10,001 nucleotides of DNA from a candidate division FCPU426 bacterium (GCA_963830915.1 CAWHOE010000073.1:1-10001), one strand, 5' to 3'. Shown: positions 1 through 7,800, counted from the stretch's first letter. Notes: generated by a model from the sequence alone, not told the origin. A program made the numbers and translations.

Positions 1-1434
1 GGTGGGCTGCAGGCGGTTCTCGATGATCTGGATCAAAAAGCTTTTTCCGGGTCCAGGCGATCCGAAAACGCCGATATTGAAATTATCGGTGTTGCGGCTC
101 CAGGGGTTGAGCTTCACAACCTCCCACCCGGCCGTATAGCCGATGATCGCCCCGTCGTCGCTGGTCAGGTCATCCTGGAAGAAGGGCCAGCAATTGGCGA
201 TGGATCGGGTCGTGTGAAGTCTTTCGTGCACTCCCGCCAAAAGATTGGTGCAAAAAGGCAACGATGAGAAGAAAAGCTCTTCCTGCTGGAAATAGCCGTC
301 AAACCGATGGATGCCGCTAAAACGGCTGGTGAAATTATCGTAGTTGTTGGAGAGGTTTTCCGAACTGTCGCCGTAAACGGTGACATACAAGGAACATTTC
401 GCCAGCCCCGTTTCCCTTTGGGCGACGGTCTGAAGGACCCCATCCCTCTCCACCGCGTTGGCGTCCGATTCATAATTGCGGGTAGTCCCCTTCTGGCCGG
501 TGGCCAGGTCAAGCTTGAGCTGGGCCGTGATGCTGGCTTTGGCGTACTCCTGGTCAATGCCTTTGATGAACAACGAGATCTTGAAATCGTTCGGCTCCGA
601 AAGGAATTGGGAAAGGAAATGCGGCTGTTTCCCGAAGTCCGGGAAATTGGAAATGAACATGGTGCGAAGGAACTTTTCCCCAACCTGGATATACTTGTTG
701 CCGTTGTAAACCGGCTCCGCGCAAAGGGCTTCCCGGATCGTCTCAAAGCCGGTTGAGCCTGCTGAAATGGAAGGGGCGGTTTTGAGATGGCGGATATCCC
801 CGGTGTAGTCCTTCAGGTTGAGTTCGGAGTAAAGAAGATGAAGTATCTCTTCCTCGCTCATTTCCCTCGCCCGGACACCGGATACCCCCAGGTTATTGGC
901 CCAAGCCAAACTCCTGCGCCTGACTTCCTTGAGCTTATTATCCGAATTAGGCCTGGCGTCCTTGTCCTTGGAAGCGAATTTGGTGATGTTGCTGAAAAAG
1001 CTGTCGGTTAGGGGAGCGGTATCCTCGTTGATGGAGAAAAGTAGATAGACTTCATAACGGCAAAGCCGGTTCATGCGGATAAAATCATCGATCCAATACT
1101 CGAAATAACTGTTGAAGTAGTTTTTGAATCCTTCCGGGGCTTCTGGCCTGCATGAATCCTTGAATGATTTGACGAATGTAGCCGGGTCCAAATTTTTGCG
1201 CCTGAGAATGACCTGGACTTCCTCACCGGCTTTGAGCTGTTGGACTCCCGAATCGAAAGCCGAAATGATCCCCCGGACATTGCTCATGTCGTCGACCATG
1301 GGATTTAAACCGCCTGAAATCTCATAAACACAAGCGAACCGGGATGGGTTTTTAAGCTCGATAAAGCCAGGGCCCACCCCCGCGAGGGGCAGCTTTTCCG
1401 CGACGATGTTGGATTTGGTGTTGTGGTAAACCAT
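1..1434 (-). CDS. virB4: VirB4-like T4SS/conjugation ATPase, N-terminal 478 aa (3' end truncated by window edge)
   Basis: Translated by hand: an open frame from ATG at 1434 (MVYHNTKSNIVAEKLPL...) to base 1 with no stop, starting 3 nt after the upstream TGA. It ends ...QQEELFFSSLPFCTNL...HTTRSIANCWPFFQDDL...GAIIGY...VVKLNPWSRNTDNFNIGVFGSPGPGKSFLIQ. Walker A GxxGxGKS is at 40-63, preceded by the SLP/TT..A..PF/G...G/N.N..V.G pattern typical of monoderm-type (MPF FA/FATA-like) VirB4. Confidence 0.9.
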   Translation of the reverse strand, partial: MVYHNTKSNIVAEKLPLAGVGPGFIELKNPSRFACVYEISGGLNPMVDDMSNVRGIISAFDSGVQQLKAGEEVQVILRRKNLDPATFVKSFKDSCRPEAPEGFKNYFNSYFEYWIDDFIRMNRLCRYEVYLLFSINEDTAPLTDSFFSNITKFASKDKDARPNSDNKLKEVRRRSLAWANNLGVSGVRAREMSEEEILHLLYSELNLKDYTGDIRHLKTAPSISAGSTGFETIREALCAEPVYNGNKYIQVGEKFLRTMFISNFPDFGKQPHFLSQFLSEPNDFKISLFIKGIDQEYAKASITAQLKLDLATGQKGTTRNYESDANAVERDGVLQTVAQRETGLAKCSLYVTVYGDSSENLSNNYDNFTSRFSGIHRFDGYFQQEELFFSSLPFCTNLLAGVHERLHTTRSIANCWPFFQDDLTSDDGAIIGYTAGWEVVKLNPWSRNTDNFNIGVFGSPGPGKSFLIQIIENRLQPT

Positions 1435-1437
1435 GTT

Positions 1438-1782
1438 TCAATGCCCGCCTTTGGATTTATTGAGCGTTTCTGCCAATTCCTCTTGGATCAAGGATTCGCT
1501 TATCGAAGAGGCTTCCCGTCCAGGCAAGATCAGCTTGGGCCGCGTCAGGAATTTGAAAAAGGCCGGGATGATCCCCCTGGGCCAGGTGTTCTTAAGAAAA
1601 AAGAAGGCGAAGAAAAGCATGAAGATCGAAGAGCAAATCACGGAAGAAAACCAGAAACCCAGTATCTTCACCAGGTTGAAAAACATGAATAGGAGAACGA
1701 AAATAACACCGAACAATATGGTGGTGTCCTCAAAGGTGAATAGCCCCAATAGTTTTGAAGGTTCGTCCAAAGGTTTTCCCAT
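1438..1782 (-). CDS. Small two-TM membrane protein, PrgI/VirB3-like T4SS component
   Basis: 114 aa with an N-terminal 'DEPSKLLGLFTFED' segment, two hydrophobic helices and a 'FFKFLTRPK' tail. It lies directly before virB4 and has a TAATG overlap with the upstream gene. Confidence 0.7.
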   Translation of the reverse strand: MGKPLDEPSKLLGLFTFEDTTILFGVIFVLLFMFFNLVKILGFWFSSVICSSIFMLFFAFFFLKNTWPRGIIPAFFKFLTRPKLILPGREASSISESLIQEELAETLNKSKGGH

Positions 1783-3884
1783 TAGGCGTCCTTCCCTTGG
1801 TTATCCAGAATGTCCTTCCACCTTTTTTGGGAATAGTTCTGGTGGTCGGGATTGGATCTATCGTAGTTATTAAGCCATTCGTTATCGTTGCCGGAAACGG
1901 ACTGCCTCCATTGAGCGTCCCTTTGGGCGTATTCCTTGGGGCTATTCAACTGGGTTGGGTTGAAATTGGTGCCGAGCTTTTGATTTATATTCGCGTACCC
2001 TTGCTGGGTCGGCCAACCGCCTTTCGTGAAATCGACCTTAGCGCCGCCTGAGTTGATACTGCCGGCGACTTTGTTCAAGCCGCTCATATTGCTTCCGCCG
2101 CCGGAACCGCCTGACCCTGAGCCCCCGCCCGCCCCGCCGCCCATGCCAAGAGCGCTGTGAATACCACCCGCCTTGTTGCCTGACAAAGTGTTGGAAACCA
2201 TATGCAGGGCTTTAAGAGGGGCGGCTACGGTTTTCCCCGCGACCGAGGCGATGGCCCCGGCGGTTCCACTGCTAAGTCCGGCTCGGCCAGCGAGTGAACC
2301 AAGTCCGCCGCTGGCTAGGTTACTGATCGCGCCTTGAACAGCCGGAGCGGTGGCTAAAGCGGTGACTCCCGCTCCTGTCCTGACCGCCTTTTCCATGGCT
2401 CCTGAATCCCCCGCCCTCCAATGAAAATTGGCGAAGATCGCGGCGAAGTCGCTGGTGTGCTGGATCAATTGAAGGGCGGCCAGGGTGGCGAAAACGGTCA
2501 TGATCGCGCTTAAAGCCCCGTCCTGTCCAAGTTGGACATGGATGATGAGGTGCATGATCAAAAGCATCAGGGCCCAAATGGGGGTGTAGAGGTGCAGTTT
2601 CAAGAATAGCTTTAACCCGGAAAGGCTGATCGTCTGGGTCGAGGGATGGCCTAAAAGTCCGATAAAAACGAATCCCAGGAAGTACATGACGAAGATGGAA
2701 ACGACCTGGTACATCTTGGCCAGGAGCACCGTGACGATGGTGATGACGCCGAAAATGCAGATGAATATCTTCAAAAGGTTGTTGGCTTGGTCTACCAAGA
2801 TATTAGCGGGGGTGATGGGGATAGGCACTTGGGCGGCGTTGGGATCGAACGGGGGTGTTTGCGTGGCGGGGGCGTTCAATTGGACCGTATAGGTGGAATT
2901 CTGGTCAGGGGGAAGGCCGGAAGGCAAGCTTGGGTTGGCTGGGATCACTCCTTGGGTTGAAAAGGTGGAGCCGTTTTTCACCGTGATGTTGTTGGTGTAT
3001 TTGTTGTTGGGGGCTCCCAGGGACTCGATGTTGACATTCTGGCCCTTCACGAACAAAGTCATTACCAATGGTGTGAAAAAAACGATCAGCAAACAGGCCC
3101 CCGCGCCTCCGGCGATCTTCGCGCCCCAATCGTCGCCATTTCGCATTTTCCAGAATCCAAAGATCAAACCCATGGAAGATAAGAAAAGGGCGAATCCCCA
3201 AGCCACGTCTTGGACAGACGTAAAACCCGAGATCATGGCGGTTTTGTTGTTGACCCCGGCGGTTTGGGAAAGTCCGTTCGCTGAATTGCCGTTGAGGTAG
3301 TTGGAGGAAAGGGCGTCCAAGCCGTTGAAAACGCCTTTGGAAGCGAGCTGGTTCTGGTCGAAGATGTAGTAACCCAGGCTGGTCACGAAATTGGCCGAAA
3401 AGGAAACAATGGTAGGCCAGGCGAATAAAACAATAAGGGGGATCACGAGCCTGAGGATCGTGAGGATGGTTAAATTGTGCTTGGAAATATCCAGCGACAT
3501 CGAGCCGACATGGACGGTAAAGGAAATGAAAAGAACGATGAATCCGATCCAGAGAAAAACGTTGGTCAGGTTTTGGACGGTACTGACCGCCTGGGACATG
3601 CCTACCCCGTTCAAAGCGGAATAGGTTCCGCTGTGGGCAAAATCCGGGATAGGTATCAAGGAAGAACCGACCCAGCCATAGCAAGTGAAAAGGGCGTTCT
3701 CGAAAAAATTACCGATGGAATCGGAAAGCCAGGTGAACCAAAAAGGCGCGTTCTTGGTCACGGTGGCGTTGACCGATTGAGTCACGGCACCGGAAATATC
3801 GGCGGCGTTCGGCCCGATCAGCCCGGCGTGGTCGACCGCCGGCAAGGTTATAAAGAGCAGTAAAAGAACGGTCCTGAATCGCAA
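1782..3884 (-). CDS. VirB6/TrbL-like polytopic inner-membrane T4SS protein with Gly-rich C-terminal tail
   Basis: 700 aa, TTG start 1 nt after the pilin stop. It has many TM segments, a TrbL-like segment 'KMYQVVSIFVMYFLGFVFIGLLGHPSTQTISLSGLKLFLKLHLYTPIWALML' and a Gly/Ala/Ser low-complexity tail. Its position is between the pilin and the PrgI-like/virB4 genes. Confidence 0.75.
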   Translation of the reverse strand: MRFRTVLLLLFITLPAVDHAGLIGPNAADISGAVTQSVNATVTKNAPFWFTWLSDSIGNFFENALFTCYGWVGSSLIPIPDFAHSGTYSALNGVGMSQAVSTVQNLTNVFLWIGFIVLFISFTVHVGSMSLDISKHNLTILTILRLVIPLIVLFAWPTIVSFSANFVTSLGYYIFDQNQLASKGVFNGLDALSSNYLNGNSANGLSQTAGVNNKTAMISGFTSVQDVAWGFALFLSSMGLIFGFWKMRNGDDWGAKIAGGAGACLLIVFFTPLVMTLFVKGQNVNIESLGAPNNKYTNNITVKNGSTFSTQGVIPANPSLPSGLPPDQNSTYTVQLNAPATQTPPFDPNAAQVPIPITPANILVDQANNLLKIFICIFGVITIVTVLLAKMYQVVSIFVMYFLGFVFIGLLGHPSTQTISLSGLKLFLKLHLYTPIWALMLLIMHLIIHVQLGQDGALSAIMTVFATLAALQLIQHTSDFAAIFANFHWRAGDSGAMEKAVRTGAGVTALATAPAVQGAISNLASGGLGSLAGRAGLSSGTAGAIASVAGKTVAAPLKALHMVSNTLSGNKAGGIHSALGMGGGAGGGSGSGGSGGGSNMSGLNKVAGSINSGGAKVDFTKGGWPTQQGYANINQKLGTNFNPTQLNSPKEYAQRDAQWRQSVSGNDNEWLNNYDRSNPDHQNYSQKRWKDILDNQGKDA

Positions 3885-3885
3885 T

Positions 3886-4242
3886 TTAGCCGTTCCAGTT
3901 GGATTGCGCGCTTCTTCCGCCCGATTGAGTGAATAACGACATGGCGAGGTTGAAGATCTCGGGCGTCAAAAACACGAGGATCATGATAATAACGTGCCAA
4001 AGGATCTTGCCTTGTTCCTCGGGGTGGCCGTGTCTGGCCCTCCATAAGGCAAAAACCAGGGAAACCGAAAGCATGAACTCGACGATGACGATCGAGTAAA
4101 AAATGATCGACCCAAAGACGGTATTGATGGCCGGAGCGCCCGGGATGCCATAAGCGAACGCATCGTTCGTTTGTACCAGCAGTAGAGAGGTGAATCCCAG
4201 GATCACCGCGAGATTAAACCTTTTCAAAAAATGAAATTTCAT
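3886..4242 (-). CDS. VirB2/TrbC-like pilin precursor
   Basis: 118 aa with RBS AAGGAG. A signal peptide ends in AFA, followed by two hydrophobic helices separated by a short charged loop (WRARHGHPEEQGKI). T4SS context supports the call. Confidence 0.7.
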   Translation of the reverse strand: MKFHFLKRFNLAVILGFTSLLLVQTNDAFAYGIPGAPAINTVFGSIIFYSIVIVEFMLSVSLVFALWRARHGHPEEQGKILWHVIIMILVFLTPEIFNLAMSLFTQSGGRSAQSNWNG

Positions 4243-4265
4243 CTTACTTCTCCTTATCCTTGATT

Positions 4266-5150
4266 TTATTTAGCGGCTGGCGCTCCGCCGCCGCTATTGT
4301 TCCCGCTGAGTTGTTGCGTCGATTGAACGGAATTGTTCAGCGAATTAGCCCCTGAATTACCAACGGCGGATACCACACCCAAAGAATTGTTCGTCGCGAC
4401 GTTTCCGGCTTGTTGGCCCTGGGCCAACTGGGAGCCGGTGTTGCCTACCGCGCTTGGGACGGAAGACAAAGCGCCTCCGGCCAGGCCCAAGGATTTCAAA
4501 AGGTTCCCGGTAAGGACGGTTCCGATGACAGCGATAGAAGCGTCCAAAATGCCCCCAAAGATACTTCCCAACCCGGAAAGGAAAGCCGATTGCTGGGGTG
4601 TGGGGACATACGAAGGCGAAACATAGGGTTGTTGAACTTGCGAAACCTGGTTGGCCGTGGAGACCGCCCCGGCGGTGTCCCCGGTTTGTAATTGCTGGGC
4701 TTCTTGGTTCAAAAGCTGGGCCTGTTGTTGGAGTTGGGGGTCCCCGGTGGCCTTGAGTTGGCTTGCTTGCTGTTGAAGGGTCAGGGCGTTTTGAAAAGCC
4801 AGGGCCGATCCGGCAGTTTGGGCTAGTCCCTGGGCTAAAGTCCCCACGTCCTGCATGATGGTTTTTTTGACGAAATTCCGGCTGTCCCCTTCCGGGTAGT
4901 CGTACATTTTCATATAGGGGTTTTTCCCCAAGGAACCGCTGTTCCGGCCTCCCGTGCCGCCTCCGCCCCTGGATTCTTCGTATCCTGGACCGGAAGTCGG
5001 GAAATCCCGGAAATTATCCATCAGGTACTTTTTGTAGGCTGAAAAGTCCTTCGCGCTATCGTCGCTTGAATCATCGGAGCCGAAAGCGAAAAGGGTGACG
5101 GGGAAAGAACAAAGGATCATTACGGCGGATAAAAACAAGCGAGAAAACAT
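4266..5150 (-). CDS. Secreted Gln/Gly/Ser/Asn-rich hypothetical protein (possible VirB5-like minor pilin or adhesin)
   Basis: 294 aa with RBS GGAGG and a signal peptide. It has a Gln-rich helical middle and a Gly-rich hydrophobic segment. The function is positional inference only. Confidence 0.6.
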   Translation of the reverse strand: MFSRLFLSAVMILCSFPVTLFAFGSDDSSDDSAKDFSAYKKYLMDNFRDFPTSGPGYEESRGGGGTGGRNSGSLGKNPYMKMYDYPEGDSRNFVKKTIMQDVGTLAQGLAQTAGSALAFQNALTLQQQASQLKATGDPQLQQQAQLLNQEAQQLQTGDTAGAVSTANQVSQVQQPYVSPSYVPTPQQSAFLSGLGSIFGGILDASIAVIGTVLTGNLLKSLGLAGGALSSVPSAVGNTGSQLAQGQQAGNVATNNSLGVVSAVGNSGANSLNNSVQSTQQLSGNNSGGGAPAAK

Positions 5151-5159
5151 AATCCCTCC

Positions 5160-5693
5160 CTACTTCTGGTTCGTTAACGGCAAAAGCGCTGATACGTCCT
5201 GGCCGTCGGCCAGGATCATGACCGAAAGTCCAAGGTTGTTCTTCCATGGCTGGTTCATGGTGATCATAAAATTAAGGGCCATGTTCTCCCCGCCCTGGGC
5301 GATGATGGTTTGGTTGGTAATGTCCTTGAGGATCCGCTTCTCGGCCGGGTTGGAGGAAATGACCTTGATGTTGTAATTGTCGTGGTTGTCCGTGACGGTG
5401 GCTTCGAGGGTCCCCCAGGCGTTGTCGGCGTGGTATTTGGTGACGATAGGGGCGTAATGGACGGGAGTGGGGGTTCCGGTTAAATCCTTGCTGGCCTTGG
5501 CCGTCCGGGCCTTGGAAACCTTTTCCGATGGCAGAACGGGGATCTTATAAGCGGTATGGGGATTGAAATCCTCGGCCATTTCCATGAAAAAATCCTTCTG
5601 CCATTTATACCAAAGGGAAAAGTCGTCCGCGCTTGAACCGGCGAAGGCTGTTCCGGTAAGGGATAGCAAAATAGCGAGTATAAAATATTTCAA
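5160..5693 (-). CDS. Secreted hypothetical protein (177 aa from the likely TTG start at 5693)
   Basis: TTG at 5693 overlaps the upstream TGA (TTGA coupling) and gives a clean signal peptide MKYFILAILLSLTGTAFA. The ORF-track start at 5726 adds 11 residues in front of it. Confidence 0.7.
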   Translation of the reverse strand: MKYFILAILLSLTGTAFAGSSADDFSLWYKWQKDFFMEMAEDFNPHTAYKIPVLPSEKVSKARTAKASKDLTGTPTPVHYAPIVTKYHADNAWGTLEATVTDNHDNYNIKVISSNPAEKRILKDITNQTIIAQGGENMALNFMITMNQPWKNNLGLSVMILADGQDVSALLPLTNQK

Positions 5694-6985
5694 AATTCCA
5701 CGCCCAAGTCGGTCATAAAGGCCCAATTGTTGTAGTCGGAGGCGACGAGCGGGACGGCTAAGCCTTCGACTTCATTGCCTGCGGCGATGGGCTGGTTATT
5801 CGGCAGGAGGGCGTTCTTGTTGTTCAAACGGGCAAAGGTGAAATCCCCCGGCGAGTTGGTGATGTAGAAATTCACGAAAACAGCCTTCATCCTGGCCTTT
5901 AAGTGGCCGTAAAAAGAGTTCTGGGGGAGATAGGCGGCGGAGTTGTTGAAGCTGTTTCCTCCAATGAAGGGGTTGTTGATGGAATTAGCCAGGGGTATTT
6001 GATATTCAAGGATCAGGTCGTCGAAAGACAAAGGTCCAACAGTGAAAAGCTGTTTAGCCCGGATGCCAATCGCCACGGCGTCCGTTTCGCTGAACAAGCT
6101 GGTGTTTTGGTCCCCAAACTCGCCCAAAATATCCAGTCCCTGGGCCACAGTGAGGTCCACGCTGGCGTCGATGGCGGCCTGTTGGCTTATCACGGAATAG
6201 GTATAAAAGTCCGATGAGGATTGGCCGTAGTTGAGCCTCAAAGCGAAAGGAAGATCGGCGATCTTCGTGGTTACCCTAATCTGGGCCAAAAAATACGACT
6301 GTGTAGAATTGTAGTTGGCGAGGCTTGATGAAAATATATTCGGGATATAGATCATCGACAAAGCGGTGGGAGGGGTTTGCCATTTGTCGTAATCGACGAT
6401 ACCAAAGCTCAAGGTTATCGGTAGGGTGACGGAAATGCCGTCCAAGCGCCTCATCCCCATCGTTAAATAATTCCCGAAATAATCCATGGGGCTGAGAATT
6501 TCTCCCACGTCGAAACGGCCAGCATTGATGGATAAAAAAGGCTCGGCGTAAGTGATCTTGGCCAGCATGACGCTGATATTGTCGGCCGTGTCGTTATTGG
6601 AAAAGTCCTTCCCAAAACGAACGTCCCCCTCGGCGCTGACGCTGTATTGGTCCAACCGTCTTTTAAAACTCAGGTCGAGCAACCCGGTTTCTTGGAGACC
6701 GCTGGTATCAGACCGGAGGAAAGTATTTACTTTGTATTTAACGATCTTTGAGGATTCGTCGATAACAGGGGGGGCGATCCACCTGGGCTGGGGAGCATCT
6801 GTAACGAGACTTCCAGTCGAGTTACTAGCCTTGATTGTGCCAATCCCATCGGGGGATTGGCATGGGGTAGCGGAAGGGGTTTGTGTGTCTGTAGGTGTCG
6901 GGGTTTGATCCTTTTCCTTGGAAACAGCCAGTCCGGGTCCAGATAGCAAAAGGGTGAATATTGAGAGGAAAATAAGTTTGTTCAA
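5690..6985 (-). CDS. Putative outer-membrane beta-barrel (porin-like) protein
   Basis: 431 aa with RBS AGGGAGA and a TTG start. It has a signal peptide, a Thr/Pro linker and alternating amphipathic strands (AKITYAEPFLSINAGRF, FALRLNYG, DASVDLTV, LDILGEFG). The C-terminus AFMTDLGVEF ends in Phe, like a BAM beta-signal. Confidence 0.7.
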   Translation of the reverse strand: MNKLIFLSIFTLLLSGPGLAVSKEKDQTPTPTDTQTPSATPCQSPDGIGTIKASNSTGSLVTDAPQPRWIAPPVIDESSKIVKYKVNTFLRSDTSGLQETGLLDLSFKRRLDQYSVSAEGDVRFGKDFSNNDTADNISVMLAKITYAEPFLSINAGRFDVGEILSPMDYFGNYLTMGMRRLDGISVTLPITLSFGIVDYDKWQTPPTALSMIYIPNIFSSSLANYNSTQSYFLAQIRVTTKIADLPFALRLNYGQSSSDFYTYSVISQQAAIDASVDLTVAQGLDILGEFGDQNTSLFSETDAVAIGIRAKQLFTVGPLSFDDLILEYQIPLANSINNPFIGGNSFNNSAAYLPQNSFYGHLKARMKAVFVNFYITNSPGDFTFARLNNKNALLPNNQPIAAGNEVEGLAVPLVASDYNNWAFMTDLGVEF

Positions 6986-7015
6986 AACAATCTCCCTTGA
7001 GGGTTTAGATCCTCC

Positions 7016-7218
7016 GGCTGCTGAAAAAGTCCCTAAAACGGACTTTTTCAGTTAACGACATTTGCGATAACCCCAGGATTCCTGCGGAATCTTTGGGGTC
7101 GACAGGCTGCTTTGTACCGATTTTTTATTTAAAATAATGTGATCGGCACAATGCCGACCTCGTTGAAATTGAAATATTGAAGGTCGGTATGTAGCCCTTT
7201 TTTACTTTATCGGCAGCC
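7016..7218. mobile_element. MITE-like structured element with imperfect terminal inverted repeats
   Basis: GGCTGCTGAAAAAGT (7016-7030) and ACTTTATCGGCAGCC (7204-7218) are 13/15 inverted matches and resemble the GGCTG(C/T)TGAAAAAG ends I associate with IS5/IS1182-type elements. Internal hairpins lie at 7021-7051, 7070-7099, 7112-7151 and 7151-7190, and no ORF is present. Confidence 0.5.
7021..7051. terminator. Terminator-like hairpin
   Basis: Perfect 12-bp inverted repeat CTGAAAAAGTCC-ctaaaac-GGACTTTTTCAG with A/T runs on both sides. The GC core is short, so its strength is uncertain. Confidence 0.35.
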
Positions 7219-7220
7219 TG

Positions 7221-7793
7221 TTAGACAAAACCGATACGTTTCTTCGGTTTTACTGGTTCTTCCATGAGTTTACGGATCGCTTCGAAGACCACTTGAAACT
7301 GGACGTCGTGGGATGTGAATTTTTTCCACCAGGACCACGGCCACAAGCCGGGGTCTGCGGTTTGGTTGTGCTGGTTCCAAAGGGGAACCGGCGCAAGGGC
7401 CTCTATTTTTCGGGCTAAGTCCTTGTGGGTGGCGAGGATTTCTCGGAGGCGGGTAAAAGCCCGCATTATTTCAATGTTGACCTGGATAGCCCGCTTGCTT
7501 CGAAGGACGCTGGAAAGCATTGCGACGCCTTGTTCGGTGAAAGCGTAAGGCAGGTACTTTGAATACTTCCCATGCTCCAATCCTAAGGTTCCAAATTGGA
7601 ACCTTAGGATTTTTTGTTCTTCCGGAGTTAACTGGAACATGAAATCAGTGGGAAACCGTTCGATATTACGTTTTACGGCTTTGTTTAAAATCTTGGGATC
7701 AACCCCATAAAGCCCCGCAAGATCCTGCGAAAGCATTACTTTCTGACCACGGACAAGAAATATCTTTTTTTGGACTATATCAGTTGCTATCAC
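7221..7793 (-). CDS. ORF6N domain-containing DNA-binding protein with an in-frame insertion
   Basis: Hallmark motifs are IFLVRGQKVMLSQDLAGLYGV, LNKAVKRNIERFPTDFMFQLT, LPYAFTEQGVAMLSSVLRSKRAIQVNIEIMRAF and the C-terminal VFEAIRKLM..PKKRIGF. GTG start with GGGGGA upstream. Confidence 0.93.
   Translation of the reverse strand: MIATDIVQKKIFLVRGQKVMLSQDLAGLYGVDPKILNKAVKRNIERFPTDFMFQLTPEEQKILRFQFGTLGLEHGKYSKYLPYAFTEQGVAMLSSVLRSKRAIQVNIEIMRAFTRLREILATHKDLARKIEALAPVPLWNQHNQTADPGLWPWSWWKKFTSHDVQFQVVFEAIRKLMEEPVKPKKRIGFV
7326..7396. repeat. Double-hairpin palindromic element inserted in frame in the ORF6N gene
   Basis: Hairpins are GACCACGGC-cacaa-GCCGGGGTC (7333-7355) and TTGTGCTGGTTCC-aaagg-GGAACCGGCGCAA (7366-7396). 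They coincide with the atypical peptide APVPLWNQHNQTADPGLWPWSWW (7326-7394), which interrupts the usual ...EALEKK... coiled coil. Confidence 0.7.
7579..7611. repeat. Perfect 33-bp palindrome inside the ORF6N CDS (copy 1)
   Basis: AATCCTAAGGTTCCAA-A-TTGGAACCTTAGGATT has 16-bp perfect arms and encodes ILRFQFGTLG. Confidence 0.95.
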
Positions 7794-7800
7794 GTTATCC

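Larger units (their letters stand above)
1..6985 (-). mobile_element. T4SS/conjugation-like gene cluster (possible ICE/plasmid transfer module; extends beyond the left edge)
   Basis: Seven co-oriented genes with overlaps or gaps of 1-23 nt, including VirB2-, VirB6-, PrgI/VirB3- and VirB4-like members. No relaxase, coupling protein or integrase is visible in this window. Confidence 0.6.

Noticed and set aside
165..1327. ORF-track entries 165-746, 307-756, 476-709, 787-1011, 1071-1280 and 1124-1327
   Set aside because: They are alternative-frame or antisense shadows of the continuous VirB4-like frame 1434 to 1.
2090..2145. GC-rich ccgccg-type repeats
   Set aside because: They are fully explained by the poly-Gly/Ser tail of the VirB6-like protein.
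5694..5726. ORF-track start of the 188-aa ORF
   Set aside because: It lies within the beta-barrel gene. TTG 5693 gives TTGA coupling and a clean signal peptide.
1423..6908. Other plus-strand and alternative-frame ORFs, including 2905-3684 (259 aa)
   Set aside because: They are nested in well-supported genes and have Arg/Pro-rich or antisense-type composition typical of GC-rich shadow frames.
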